DNA of 64,000 bases from Lepidodermella squamata (Eukaryota > Animalia > Gastrotricha): positions 1,984,001 through 2,048,000 of the forward strand of contig JBLDXI010000004.1 in NCBI GenBank assembly GCA_047495785.1. Reading direction: 5' to 3'. Below are positions 50,233 to 62,890 of the stretch, piece by piece (the first letter of the stretch is position 1; every line of letters begins with the position of its first letter). The translations under genes were made by a program, and so were the position numbers. The notes beneath the pieces are model-generated. The model saw nothing but the letters and a program-made list of their open reading frames with translations. It was not told the origin of the DNA and did not search any database.

Positions 50233-52138
50233 ATGATGGCTTCTGCTGAGGAGGCAAGAGTTGCTAGAGTCCTACCCGGCGGCGCGTGGGTACTCGCCGA
50301 CCTGCCTGAGCGAGGCTTCGACGGGCCGAAGCCGTACTTTATCGGGTGGTACCACGACCTGTCAACACACTCAGTCCAGGAACGACTGTCGTACAGCATC
50401 GTCACACTGCTGGTGGCCATCGCTGGCTGCATCGCTAGCTTAGCCAGCATCGCCGTCTACTACCGTCGCAACGTCAAACGCGACTTTTTGATGTTGAGCT
50501 GCCTATCAGCTGCCCGCAACATCTACTGGGCCGTCAACTGGACATACGCCCTGTTTGTGCCGCTCGGCACTGGCTTCTGGGTCGCCTCTGACGCAGCGTG
50601 CTTGGTTACGTTCTGGCAGAACGTCTGCATGGGCACCTACGGCATGCTGCTGAGTCTGCTGATCAGCTACGAACGGCGCATGTGCGTCGCTGCGACAAGT
50701 CTCTATCGATCGAACACGACAAAGGTAATTAAAAGTATTTCACTGTAACAGAAAAGCTGCAATTTGAACTTAATTCAAAGACATCACCGGCCATTAAATG
50801 GTAGTCCGATTTCAATTTTTAAAGCTTGTGAATATGTTGGGGAAAAAACCTATCCAACTCTACATGGAAAGGTTCTGCTTGCACCCGCATTTTCGCTAAA
50901 AGTTTTCATTTCATACTGAGAATACGATTTGAATCTTTCTGCTCAATTTTTCGCGAAACATTATCAGAGCATGATCCCATACCTTAGCTCCATTTTTGCC
51001 ACTTTGGCTTTTGAGGCAGCTCAGGGAGTAGCTCTGGGCAAGCCAAGGTTTAGACCTTCAACACTCATTCAATCAACCTCATTCATATAAGAGTGGAAAA
51101 GCATCCATCAAACCTGCATCAAGGGCAAAGGGCCTGCAAGCTCAGAAAGTCCATAGGAGGCATCGAAACTTCCGAAATTCAAGTTATTGCGCACTTCCCA
51201 GGGCATTTTTTTTTCATAAAAATGATAGGAAATAGCGAACTTATTTCCACCTGAAATTTTACCCGTGTGAAAGCAACTGAATGAAATATAAACTTCGCTG
51301 AAACAGTGAAAATAGCGTCTAGAGTCTAGAGTCTAGGCCAACTGAAATGCAATGCGTAGTGACAGACATTTGTTATAAAATGTCTATGTTTCAGCTTGTA
51401 TCACTCGCCCTGGGCGCATTTGTTCTTTGTGCTGCCGGTCCTGTGTTTTTCACATTCGCCTCTTACCAGCTAATAAACATCCAATGGCTGCGACTCATCA
51501 ACAACAACAGCAAAGCCAACAATAGCAAAGCCAACAATAGCAGCAGCTTTGGCAACCTCAGTTCAGCTTCAAACGAGGAAGAAGCAGCAGCAGTTCCGTT
51601 GTGCGGCGGTTTCGCCGATCGCCTGTTCGGCCCCGTCGACGCGTTCGTACTCGGCGTGATTTGGTACACAATCGCCTCGCAGACAGCCTGCGTCGGGCTG
51701 GCCTACAACTACTGGAAGATTTTCCACACCATCCGAGCGGTACGCGTGCGATTCGGAACGTCGAGAGTCAACCAATCGAATCCGATCGAGGACGAGTGGT
51801 ACAAGAAGGAGATGTTCATCGCCAAGCAGTCCCTCGCCGCTTTCGTCGTCTACTTCGCGTGCCACATGCCACTCACCGTGCATTTCGTGCTGCAGCTGTT
51901 CTACCGCGAGCTTGGGCCCAGTTACGCGACTGGGCCGTTCGTGAAATACGGCGAGGTGTTGCTTCTGCTCGAAATGAGCGCATCGGCTGTTTTGAAGACG
52001 CTCAAGCCCGGCTTCTCGGCCGAATGGCGGTGGTTCGGCTCTAATAAGACGAGCGTTGCGCCAAGACGCACCACAGCGGCGACTTTGCAAATGACGCAGA
52101 GGTCTCCCACGGCGACAGTGTCGACGAGGCGAGGCTGA
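50233..52138 (+). CDS. Orphan class-A-like 7TM receptor 3
   Basis: Exons 50233-50724 and 51395-52138; ISYERR, CHMP; Ser/Thr-rich C-tail. Confidence 0.85.
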
Positions 52139-52783
52139 AGAGACCACTGAATGCAGACAGCAGGACAACATACGAGTGTGAATTTGTAGGCCAATTGTAT
52201 GCGCTCTGACTGAAACGCCCTACCCTCTCAAATGTGTGAGTACAAATTGATCAACCAACAACGCACTTTTTTCAAATAATAAAACTTTAAGGCTGCAATG
52301 AGCTATTTCAAATTCTTTCTCATTTATCACTGGTTGGACTTTTTTAATTTAGCTCATTAGGTGCCGACAAGCAGCTTATTTCTCATGAAATCTGCTTTCA
52401 ATGTACGTGATTCCAGATTCTCGGCTCAGCCAAGAACAGCCACGAACTAATTTCCGTATTTTCATTCAAGGAAATTAACATTTAATGAAGAAAACCGGAA
52501 ATAACTCGACGTTAGGTATTCCGATAATTTTGTTATTCCACGTGGTTTGATTTTCCACACAAGAATAAGGCCAATCGATGCCGACATTGAGCTATGGTGA
52601 ATGGTGGCCGATCGATGGCTAAGGCAAGCAAAGACAGCTGCGTCTAGTGGGCTCGCGTTAATTATTAATCGAAACTCTCCAAAGTGATTGCTTTGCAACG
52701 CATACGCTTGGCGCCACATCGAAAGATGTAATGCAAGGGCACATTTGTATACTGCTGACAACTTCCGTGTATTAGATTTAGCT

Positions 52784-54328
52784 ATGCCTTCAAAATGGTT
52801 GCTCTTGCGCCTTGTCTTTCTCAGTGCTCTCTTTCTCAAGCCATCGATGGCCCAGGACGAAGAAGTGAAGCCGGTGCTGGACAAGTATTTGCCCCCAGGC
52901 GAGGCGTTCAAGCAGTCAATAACCGAACGCTGTAGCTTGAAGACGAAAACGCGGCCGTGCAGAGATTTCGATGAAGTCACAAATGTAACAGTCGAAACTT
53001 TCCCATACCGATTCAGTGGCATTTCCGACAAGGAGCAATCGTAAACGAAATCCTGCCTCGCAATGACGCAAGAATAACGCATTTTTTTCCTTACGGTAGG
53101 TATTCAATGATGATTGAGTTGGATTTCACGTGGCAACACCCGTGTGCTCAATGGAGCGACAGCGATACGAAGCTAAAATCGTTCGAATTGATAGCAGTAG
53201 ATTGCTGGTTCCCAAAAATTCAACACATCAACGCAAATGACGATATTTCTAAGCTAACTACGTAAATTTTAAACTGGCACCTCTCGTCTATAAAATGTCG
53301 GGTACTCGAAAGAAGACTGTTGCTTCAAGGGGATTTTAGCTGCCGAATTGCTAACCTTCTGAAATGTCCGGTGGTTCCAACTGAGAATAGAACCTCAAGT
53401 AGACAAATTTATCAGTAATTATCGGTATCCATGGACCCAGATAGTTCAACACTCACGAAATCCTTGAATCACCGAAATTATGTATAACCAAATATTTGTT
53501 CTGTAGCACTATGGAAGCCAACAGCAAAATATACGTATGGCGCGAAGGGCTGATGCTGCTGCCCGTGGTTTCAGAGATCAATTCATTTTGCCCGCTCAAG
53601 TCAGTTTCGTTTTTCTCTCCTATCTGGCGTTTAAATCTTCTCACATTTTCAGGCTGGCCAATTTCCCGTTCGATACCCAGAAGTGTCGCGTTGAGGTTGA
53701 GTCGTGGTTCGCATCAACTGAAGTTCGCCTGCAACTGCCGGAGAATCAGACAAGCATCGACCACAGAATAGGCGATAATTTCATATCCGAAAACGACATT
53801 TGGGAGCTGGCAGGAACGACCGCGATCGTTGACGCCCACACTTATCCAGGTGATACGACAGGTAACCGGTACTACCGCGTGATTTACGAGTTCAGCTACA
53901 GGCGCAAATCGGCTTCGTACATCATGAACATTTTCCTGCCGAGCTTCGCGCTGCTCTCGCTGATGCTCTCCGTGTGGGTGATGCCGCCCGAGCACCCGGA
54001 CCGCCCCGGCTTCTGCATGACCGTCGTGCTCGCCTACACCGTCCTGCTGTCGATCGTCTCGGACTCGCTGCCGAAAACCTCCGAGCTCAGCTACACGCTC
54101 ATCTTCATGGGCGCTCAGATGGTCATCGGCTGTCTGTGCACCATCTACGCCCTTTTAACATGCCAACTCGCGCATATTCCAATGTTCAAGAAACGCAATG
54201 TTACGTTATTTCGAAAAGTGCAACTGACCCTGATTCGAGTGATAGACCTGGCTTTCTTTTGTATACTGCTTGTAACAAGCATAACCATGGATAGCGTTAT
54301 TTTCAGTCGAATGATGTCTCAATCGTAG
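52784..54328 (+). CDS. Cys-loop ligand-gated ion channel subunit 2 (predicted 395 aa)
   Basis: Exons 52784-53040, 53100-53261, 53507-53599, 53653-54328 (1188 nt, in frame); Cys-loop CPLKLANFPFDTQKC; same introns as subunit 1. Confidence 0.92.
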
Positions 54329-54734
54329 AAAACCTTTTAATAAAGACGATTCAAAGAAGAGGCTGTTCTGCTATCATTTGCTCTTATCTGCGAAAAATAT
54401 CATGTTTCTAACCCCTTTTAAAAACATCGAAAGTTACCATGTGTTCTCTGTTAACAGTTATCCTGTCTTCATGTAAGCATGGGGATAACAAACAGTATAA
54501 TCATGGATTATGGAATGTATCCGCTATCACAAAAGTCCGTCTTTATCGGCCATATTAGTTGGCTGAGACAATGACGTAAAACAGCTCACGTGCCGCCTCT
54601 ATCTACCGTTTTTCGGCAGAAGTTCACGCACTTTTTGCGTACTTGCGTTTGAAAAGCACGAGCTACTTTTTGTTCTTTTAAATCAACTTCTCATCACCCC
54701 TTCAAAAATAACATACTGGCACTGAGCCAGCACA

Positions 54735-56100
54735 ATGGATTTCCAAATCGCTAACAATATCATGGCGGATGTTTTCGGGCTCGAATCTGCAATCGAAGAG
54801 CTCAAGGCGGTAAAAACGCCAGTGATTTTAAGAAAATGGCCATGGTATTCCCTATTCCCCTTGATCTTTTCAAAACAAGGCAACGAACTGAGAAAGGTTG
54901 AGGAGCTCGCCGAGACAAAGGAGCGGCTGGCAGCTACGGCTAAACAGCTCGCTCTTGCCACCGACCAGCAAACCGCCGCGCCCTTCATCGTCGGCGATGT
55001 GAAAGACGATGGAAGGGAGGACCTGGACTCCCTCTACGACAAAGTGATCCCAGAGCCAGCTTGATGTTGACCTAATAATAGATATGCCCGGAAGAACTTT
55101 TAGCATTTTTTCAAGAAACATTTTACTCGATAGAAGTGGACGGGGCGAATCGACGAAGCGTAGAAAAGTCCGACGCTGACGGCCCCATCCTTGATGTACC
55201 GTCCACTACAGAAGAAATTGAAGAGTGCATCTCAAAAGCCAACTCAAATTCCTCGCCAGGCTGACTATCGATGTCTCAAAGATAGCGTTGCATTCTCTTT
55301 ATTTTATCTTTTGCTTCATTAATCAAAAATAACATAACAATAACAATGAGTACGTGTACAGAGACAAAGAAAAATGAGAAGGAAAAATGATTAAAAAAAA
55401 ATTACTCCGGTGTACCCAATTCGCCGGGCGTGATGTCTCAAAGATGTCTCAAAGATGAAAATTGTAGAGAGTGGCTCTACCCTTTTTTTAGCAAAATCAT
55501 GTACGTCTACTCTAGACTACGCCGCAGCTTTCCGCACTTTCCGCTCTAGACTTTCCGCAGCGCGTTTGATACTTTAAAAAGGTCGCTTCTAATCCCTAAA
55601 TTGGAAAACCGAGGCTTATCTCAAAAAAGCATTAGAATTATCAACGAAATGTATAGCCAAAACCAGCTGCTTCTACGATATAAAAATAAAATCTGCGCCG
55701 AAAACCCGATACAACATCGGCGTGCGACAGGGCGATCCACTATCACCGTTGCTCTTTTGCATCTTTATTGATGACTTAGTAGCGGAACTGGCGAAACTTT
55801 CCACCGGTCTATCGCTCGATACTATTACAATAATTTGTTTACTCAACGCTGATGATTTAGCAATGATCGCTAAGAATGCGGCGGAGCTGCAGAAGCAGCT
55901 TGACTGCCTGGAAACGTTTGCAAACGCCAACGGCCTAAGGATTAATGTAGAAAAAACTAAGGTTATGACCTTTCAACGCGGCAAATTCAAACCAACTGAG
56001 GAAAAACTATACGGGAAAGAAATTGAAAAAGTCAGCGAATTCGAATACCTAAAGCAGATTTATGCAGATTTATGGCAGCCTCGAGCGATTTTAAATTTTT
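54735..56100 (+). pseudogene. Degenerate LINE reverse-transcriptase fragment with a small secondary insertion
   Basis: 'TTEEIEECISKANSNSSPG', 'GVRQGDPLSPLLFCIFIDDL', 'LLNADDL', 'INVEKTKVM', 'FEYL'. An insert at ~55284-55433 is bracketed by repeated gatgtctcaaagat. Confidence 0.8.
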
Positions 56101-56786
56101 GCCTTTTCTTACTTTCACCAACAATGGTCCCCTAACGGTAAGGAATTGGCTCATGAGATTTTGTGAGCTTACTAGAACGGGCTCTGACTGTTCATGGTCA
56201 AAATATGAGTCTGTCTGGTCTGTTAAAATTTCATCGGGTTCTAAGGAACCTGCCATACTTGCCTAATGGGTGATCGTGCCCTGTGTAAATTGACCGGTTT
56301 CCGGTTGGTCCAGGTCCATAACTACCCCGTCAGGAAAATGACTGCGTTACAGTATGACAGTAGAGCAAAAGATTTGAGATCAAAGATACAGCTATTATTT
56401 GGCTTGAGAGCAGCGCAATAAGAGCAATTTTGCAAAAGAGATATTTTTCGCTATATCGGTTAATTTGCAATTAAGCTCCATCGATTTCGGCTCGCAAGCA
56501 AGGAAAATGTTTAAACCATGCGCGGGAAGTCCTGCGTGTTTTGCAGCCCTGTTTATAAACCTGGGCAATCTGATGTTGGCTGGAATACTATACGATAGCT
56601 TACGAACACGAGTATACTACTCGTATTTGATAATAGAAACTCGGCTACGTCTATTGCCGAAAAACATAGGGTTTTACAACAACATAGAGGCAGGCCGATT
56701 CACAGAAAAGGCCGACAAAAAGTTACATTTCCAACTTGGTAAACATTCCGGAACAGAAATGTGATTCAGTGTGTCTGCGCGATTCA

Positions 56787-59700
56787 TTAGGTCCAACACG
56801 TTGACGTCGCTCGACTTGCTCCTCTCGACCTCAGCAAATCGGCCGCATCAGTTTTGCTGTAGCAAATCGCAAAATCAAGAGCTGTTTTGCCATTAGCATT
56901 AGTGACATCCTTATTTGCACCTCTATCAAGCAACAGTCGAGCTACTTGGATGTACCCCCACCTAGCCACATGCATCAACGCCGTCTCGCCATATTTATCC
57001 TTGGCCTCGATGGCAGCGTTGCGATCCAGCAACAGTCGAACTGTTTCTGATTTGCCATTCGCAGCCGCCCAGATAAGCGCCGTCCTGCCATTTAGATCCT
57101 TTGCATCGATAGCAGCCTTGCGATCCAGCAACAGCCGAACTACTTCGACTTGCTCTTTCTCAGCCGCATGCATCAACGCCGTCCAGCCTTGGTTATCCTT
57201 AGCCTCTATGGCAGCGTTGCGATCCAGCAGCAGTCGAACTACTTCGACGTGCCCCCACCTAGCCGCATAGATCAACGCCGTCAAGCCATCGTTATTCTTG
57301 GCCTCGATGGCAGCGTTACGATCCAGCAGCAGTCGAGCTACTTCGACTTGCCCATTGTCAGCCGCCATCAACAACGCCGTCCAGCCATTGACATTCTTGG
57401 CCTCGATGGCAGCGTTGCGATCCAGCAACAGTCGAGCTACTTCGACTCCCCCATATCGAGCCGCATGCATCAACGCCGTCGAGTCTGCTAAATTTTCCTT
57501 TAAATTCACATCGGCTCCACGATCGACAAACAGCTGTGCAATTTGCAATCGCTGGCCTGATTGCGCCTCATTGCACGTAACACTGTGCAGCAGGGTGCCA
57601 TTTGTCACATAATACCAATTACCACAGCGAATCTCATTTGTGTTGCGCCAGTTCGGGTCGAATTTGCCGCCAGTGGATTCGTCGATCTCCGCAACGAGTT
57701 GCCGCACCTGCGCCACGTCGGCAGTGTCATGTGTCACATTCCACAACTGTTCGTACACTTCGCGGACCTAAACGTAACAAAGAACAAAAAGAAATTTAAA
57801 TCTCTATAGAGCCTGACTACATAGTTGAGAAAAACCTGAAGCTGAAAACGCACTATTTCTTTGCAAGCAAGCAGAAAAAGTAAATATAACTAACGACAAT
57901 ATAGATACAGTTTGGAAGACAAGGAAGGTTCTGGGTTCTGGCACATAAATGGGCTGATATTGAACAAAAGCAACAGTTGACGCTTGTTTATTATTGAGCA
58001 ACCCCATATTTTATTTGACTGCTGACTGCCTGTAATTGGCGTGCGTCTCAAATAATGACTCTGATATTGTCGCCATAAATCATAAATTCAACTTGCTCAA
58101 ATGTCGGGTGAAACTCGGTTCTGCACAGTCAGAAATGTCCGTCTGTCTCTACGTCTGTCCGTCCGCTTTTCTGGAGCCGCGCTCTTGACCCGCACTTGGC
58201 CTGCACACCTTCAATAAAATGCCGCGCGCACAAGCAAAATATATAGCGATTAGTAGGCACATTTATTTCTCCGATTGCTCGAGAACAATCAAGGATTTTC
58301 GATGCGATTTTTCAGCTATTGGCAGATCTAATCCGCGGTTAAAATTCTCTATAAGATTCTCTAGCAAAGGATATAGAGATGAAAGATTGAGATAAAAGTT
58401 CAGTTTTCGGGAATGTTTCTAGGCCTTCATTCAGTTGTTAAGCTTTGCAATTGAGAACCGAGAACCTCTACTCTCAGTCGTAAAACGTATTTTTCGTAGA
58501 TTTCACCATAAATTAATGAGATCTCCTCTTTTTTCGATTTTTTCGATTTTTTTTCGAGTTCACCTTAAAAGTTAAACGGGAAAAGCAAGGTGAATTGGTA
58601 AATGGCGTTCAGAAATATTCTTTAAAAATTTCTCGCGTCGCTCGGGGTAAGGTGACAACATTCCGAAATTTAGCATTTTTTGTAAAATGGGATGCCTTTC
58701 CTAAGGTTAACTCCAGCTATGGCTTGTAAAAAAATTCCAAAGCAAAATTCAATTAAAAAAGAATATTTGCCTCAAGCACCCTCTATTCCAAACAATAATC
58801 TGGAAATTGACTTTGATCATGGCTTCCCCATGTCTTTAGGCAATCTTAGTATAGGATAAATGGTGGAAGCGAAACGCGCGGAGGTCAATGAAGGAAGGCG
58901 TGAGAGCTATCAGAAATCAATCAGAGACGATTTTAATACTCATATCCTAAGTTTTTCAAGCACTGAGGGAAGTGGTAAACATATTGAAAACAGCCTGGAA
59001 CAGCCTTCTGTTTTCTTGATTCTGTTTATTCTTCTCTGACAACTTTTCTACCTTTTAAAAAATGTGCGCGCGTTCGCAGTCACGTGAGCTGAACAATGCG
59101 GGCGCCCTGCTGCGCCACTCAGCCTCTGTCCAACGATAGTGCGCGCTGATAAAGGGCAGTGCTCACTCCGTTACTATTCCTCCAAGCTGATTTCACTTTT
59201 GAAGCTGGATTCCGCGTCAAATAGCCCAATGACTGGTTTATTCTTTTGGAAAACTTACAGGTCTTCGCTGCCTGCAAGAACCAGGCTGGGACCAGGTTGC
59301 GTTCGAGAGGCACGATACGGCAGCATTTCCTCGAAGCTCGAAATTCGAGTTGCATAATATGGTTCGAGTGGCTCCGACGTTCGATAGACCAGAGGATATG
59401 GTGCCGTTTAGTACCGTGGGCAGAAGTCCACAAACTTTGAACGATAATTTGTTAGAAGAATCGACAGAATGAGTGGAAAATGAGTCACCTGCTGCTTTAC
59501 AGCTACCAGCTGCAGACCAGCTGCCGTTTGCTTGGCATTGGCTTGTTCCCGGACCGACGACTCTGAAGCCCGGATTGCACACGAATGTCACCGTGGACAA
59601 GTAAGATGTCGATCTGTTGGATGAGCTGGCCAAATAGCCGTTACTCGGTACAGGAGCGGGGCCACAGCCTTCATCATACTTATGGAGAATCAGTCTAGAA

Positions 59701-61027
59701 GAGTTGCTCTTACTTACTTATCGGGCTACACCTGCCATTTATCACCGGTCGAAATGGAGGTACGCACGTGGCGATCGAGACAGAGGACGAATAGGTGTAA
59801 CCAGGGTTGCATTTCAAGCTCACGGATCCACCTTTCTCCACAGTGGTTCCAGGTCTTAGAACCACGCCAGTATCTTCCGAAGTTTCCGGGTCCAATCGGG
59901 TCACAAGTCCCGCGGATACGATTGGTACAGGGCAAGACTGTTCCGGTGTACTCACGGTAGTCTGGCTGCGAACATCTGTGTTGTCGGAAATCCAATCGAG
60001 AACTTTGCAGACTCTGCTGTAGATGCCAGGAATGGATCCCTGGCAAAACCCATCGCCGTTCGAAATTATGCCCAGCAGGTAAATCTGTCTCGATTTCAAA
60101 CACATGAGAGGGCCCCCAGAATCGCCGGAGCAAACGTCGCTGCTGCCCTCGGCGGCTAGACACATTTTCGAGTCGGTGATGGTGACCGGTTCCGGGCTGC
60201 CCCGGGAATACTCCAGCGAGCAATTTCGGTAAGATCGAACTCGAAGATCCAGCTTTCTCGAGATCTCTGATAGCATGGCTAAAATACGAGAGAATTATAA
60301 GGAGATGAAGGTGAGAGAGGAGTGAGAGGAAGGGAAGGAAACATACTGGCTGCAGCGTAACCCCAGCCAACGGCAACTGCTGAATCGCATCCGTCAATCG
60401 AATTCGCAGTGGCCGAGTTAGCTCGGCACATGGTACGCGCATCCGGCAAACAAATCGGTTTGATCTTCTGTGAGAATCTGGAAACTGGGCCCGCCAGTCG
60501 CAGTAGGGCGAAATCAAAGTCGTAGAAATTCTGACTGCCGTTGTATTGCGGATGCACCAAAGGAGGCAGCGTCACCATCGATTCGTAAGAGCCCGCCTCT
60601 GAACGGACGTTGATGTTATGGCGACCTAGCTGCGCTTTGATCCTGTCACACTCGAAAATATACCAACGAAAAGGTGAAATTAAAATTTCACGTACAAAAT
60701 CGGAGTTTCTCCGGTATTCCAGACGCAATGAGCAGCTGTTATCAGCCATTGCTTCGAGATGAGGGAAGCTCCGCAGTACGACGCTGGTCTATCGCGGCTG
60801 TTGTAGATCTCAAGGAAGACCTGTAGCAACATCCTGTTAGTGTTGAAAAGCTTTCATATCGAATTGAAACAAACCAGCCACGGAAACTCATTTGCTTCTG
60901 CTGGTTGACTGCCTGGTCCTTTTATTTTCGCGATTGGTGTCATGACGCACTCGGAATTTTCTTGAGCGACCACTACTCCGGATAACAGCCAAAGCAAAGC
61001 GATTATACTAGCTTTTAGGTGGCGCAT
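56787..61027 (-). CDS. Secreted trypsin-like serine protease - 3x sushi/CCP - ankyrin-repeat protein, copy 3 (predicted 823 aa)
   Basis: Exons 61027-60875, 60820-60696, 60642-60347, 60278-59718, 59668-59489, 59434-59259, 57767-56787; total 2472 nt, in frame. Signal peptide MRHLKASIIALLWLLSGVVVA; triad intact. Confidence 0.88.
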
Positions 61028-61248
61028 TTTGAGAATTTGAAAAGAAAAGCTGAGATACAGTTACTAAAACCTTTTTCGTGTGAGCATTTAACGTAATGCA
61101 TTCTACAATGTGTGTATTTTTCTTCAACTAATTCACTATTTTTTCTCTTTCTGTATTATAGATGAGATACACGTGGAGAAAGCAAAATACTAAAATCCGT
61201 GTAGGTGGAGAAATACGCACTCACCCAAGAATAAAAACATCCGGTTAA

Positions 61249-62017
61249 CCCTTTCATGGCGGAATTATTTATCTGCGAGAGAAAAAATATTTGACGGCAG
61301 TTCTAGGGGTTTTCGAAGGCCCTGATCACGATTTTGAAATCCGTTTGTCTTTATCTATCACCATTACGGCTGTACAAAAACTGGCCGAAATCGTCCTATC
61401 CGCCCAGCTGATTTCAGGCGATTTTTCGAACACCCTAATTTCTGTGTCAGGTGCCTCCAGCTTTGGAATTTTAGATTATAAATTACTCCCATGAATGTCC
61501 CCAAGATCTCCCTCACTTATATCACCGAAAAAATTCAGTTCAAAAAAGTTTCAGAGGCTCAGCATTCAGATCTGAATTCAGCTTTTCCAGTTTTTGCTCG
61601 CGACAGTTTTTGCAGCACAAAAACCACGCACTCCGCCTGTATGAGTCCTGGCGGATAGGACGATTTCGGCCGGTTTGATTAAATTTCAATAGCGTCGTCA
61701 TTTTTATTTTCCAAAATTTATTCAGAGGTCAATGAGACTATGGCGGACACGGTGGTATTTTTTGTGGGATCAAAAAGTGATCAGAAACCTATGAGATTTC
61801 AAGTTGAAAAAAATCGAAATTTCAATCTCAGGTTGACTATTTTCAAATTGCTTGTATGTCCTGACCATGCAAGATAACGGCGCCCTGGTCTCAAAACCTT
61901 GTAGCAAACATCGAAAAGCAATATTCCTGAAAAGGGCGATCAAAAATTCATCGAATTCAATTTTCTGTGAATTTTCAAAGTCGAAATTCCGAAATCGTCC
62001 TTCCCGCCGTGAAAGGG
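61249..62017. mobile_element. piggyBac-type MITE
   Basis: TTAA|ccctttcatggcgg ... ccgccgtgaaaggg|TTAA. Confidence 0.9.
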
Positions 62018-62394
62018 TTAAAAATACCGGATTGAAAAGACTGTACAGAAGAGTACCGCATTTCCGCATTTCTTTAGGAACCTTCAGACCGGGCAAACCG
62101 ATTCAGCCGACCTGTAGAAAAAGGAACCACAGTGAATGCTATAACTTACCTGATTTGATCTTGTAATTTTGATTTCATTATTTGTAGACATTTTTTGTAT
62201 AGTGTAGTTGTGCTTTTCTGGGCAAATGGTGCGCAAACGAAATAAATGTCGGCTGTTGTCGCTCGGGTGGCACACAAAAAAGTGGCACGCGACTTGATTT
62301 TTTGCTTTTTTCCATCAAGTGAATCTCGAGCGATTAAGCTGTCTGAGTTACTGTTTAACCGGCTCCCACGCGTATTTAACTTGCCGTAAATCTG

Positions 62395-62890
62395 TCAACT
62401 GAACCTACGTGCCGCTCGGATCTGGCTTCTATTCCGCCTCTGACGCAGCGTGCTTGGTTACGTTCAGGCAGAACGTCTGCATGGGCACCTACGGCTGAAT
62501 CTGTCCGCTCAATTTTTCGCGAAACATTATCAGAGCCTTAACTCCATTTTTTGACACTTTGGCTTCGAGCAATTCATGGGAGTTCGGGGCAAGCCTTCTT
62601 AGCTCCTGGTTTAGACACTCAATCAAATCTATCGATATTGTGGGGGGGGGGGGAGGGCCTTATCGGCTGGGTAGGCCATTAACAGCCCCAAAGACCTTTT
62701 CGTGTCATAAATGAGGCGTATAAACTTTTTGTTGTTCGATTTTTAGTGTCGCGTTCGTCATCTACTTCGCGTGTCACGTGCCACTGACCGTGCATTTCGT
62801 GCTGCAGCTGTTCTACCGCGAATTCGGGCCTAAGTACGCGACTGGGGCGTTCTTGTCGACAGTCACAGTGTCGACGAGGCGAGGCTGATG
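62395..62890 (+). pseudogene. Multiply deleted remnant of 7TM receptor 3
   Basis: Collinear pieces match ~50555-50643 (gcctctgacgcagcgtgcttggttacgttc...), intron ~50930-51070, ~51843-51940 and the stop region gtgtcgacgaggcgaggctga. Confidence 0.85.

Noticed and set aside
43082-52138. The 7TM genes as opsins
   Set aside because: By alignment there is no Lys at the retinal-binding TM7 position (7.43); the lysines lie before TM7 or at the NPxxY Tyr position.
58100-58270. Helentron/DINE-like element suggested by gtccgtctgtc repeats
   Set aside because: Only a short microsatellite-like patch; subterminal inverted repeats and a 3' hairpin could not be confirmed.
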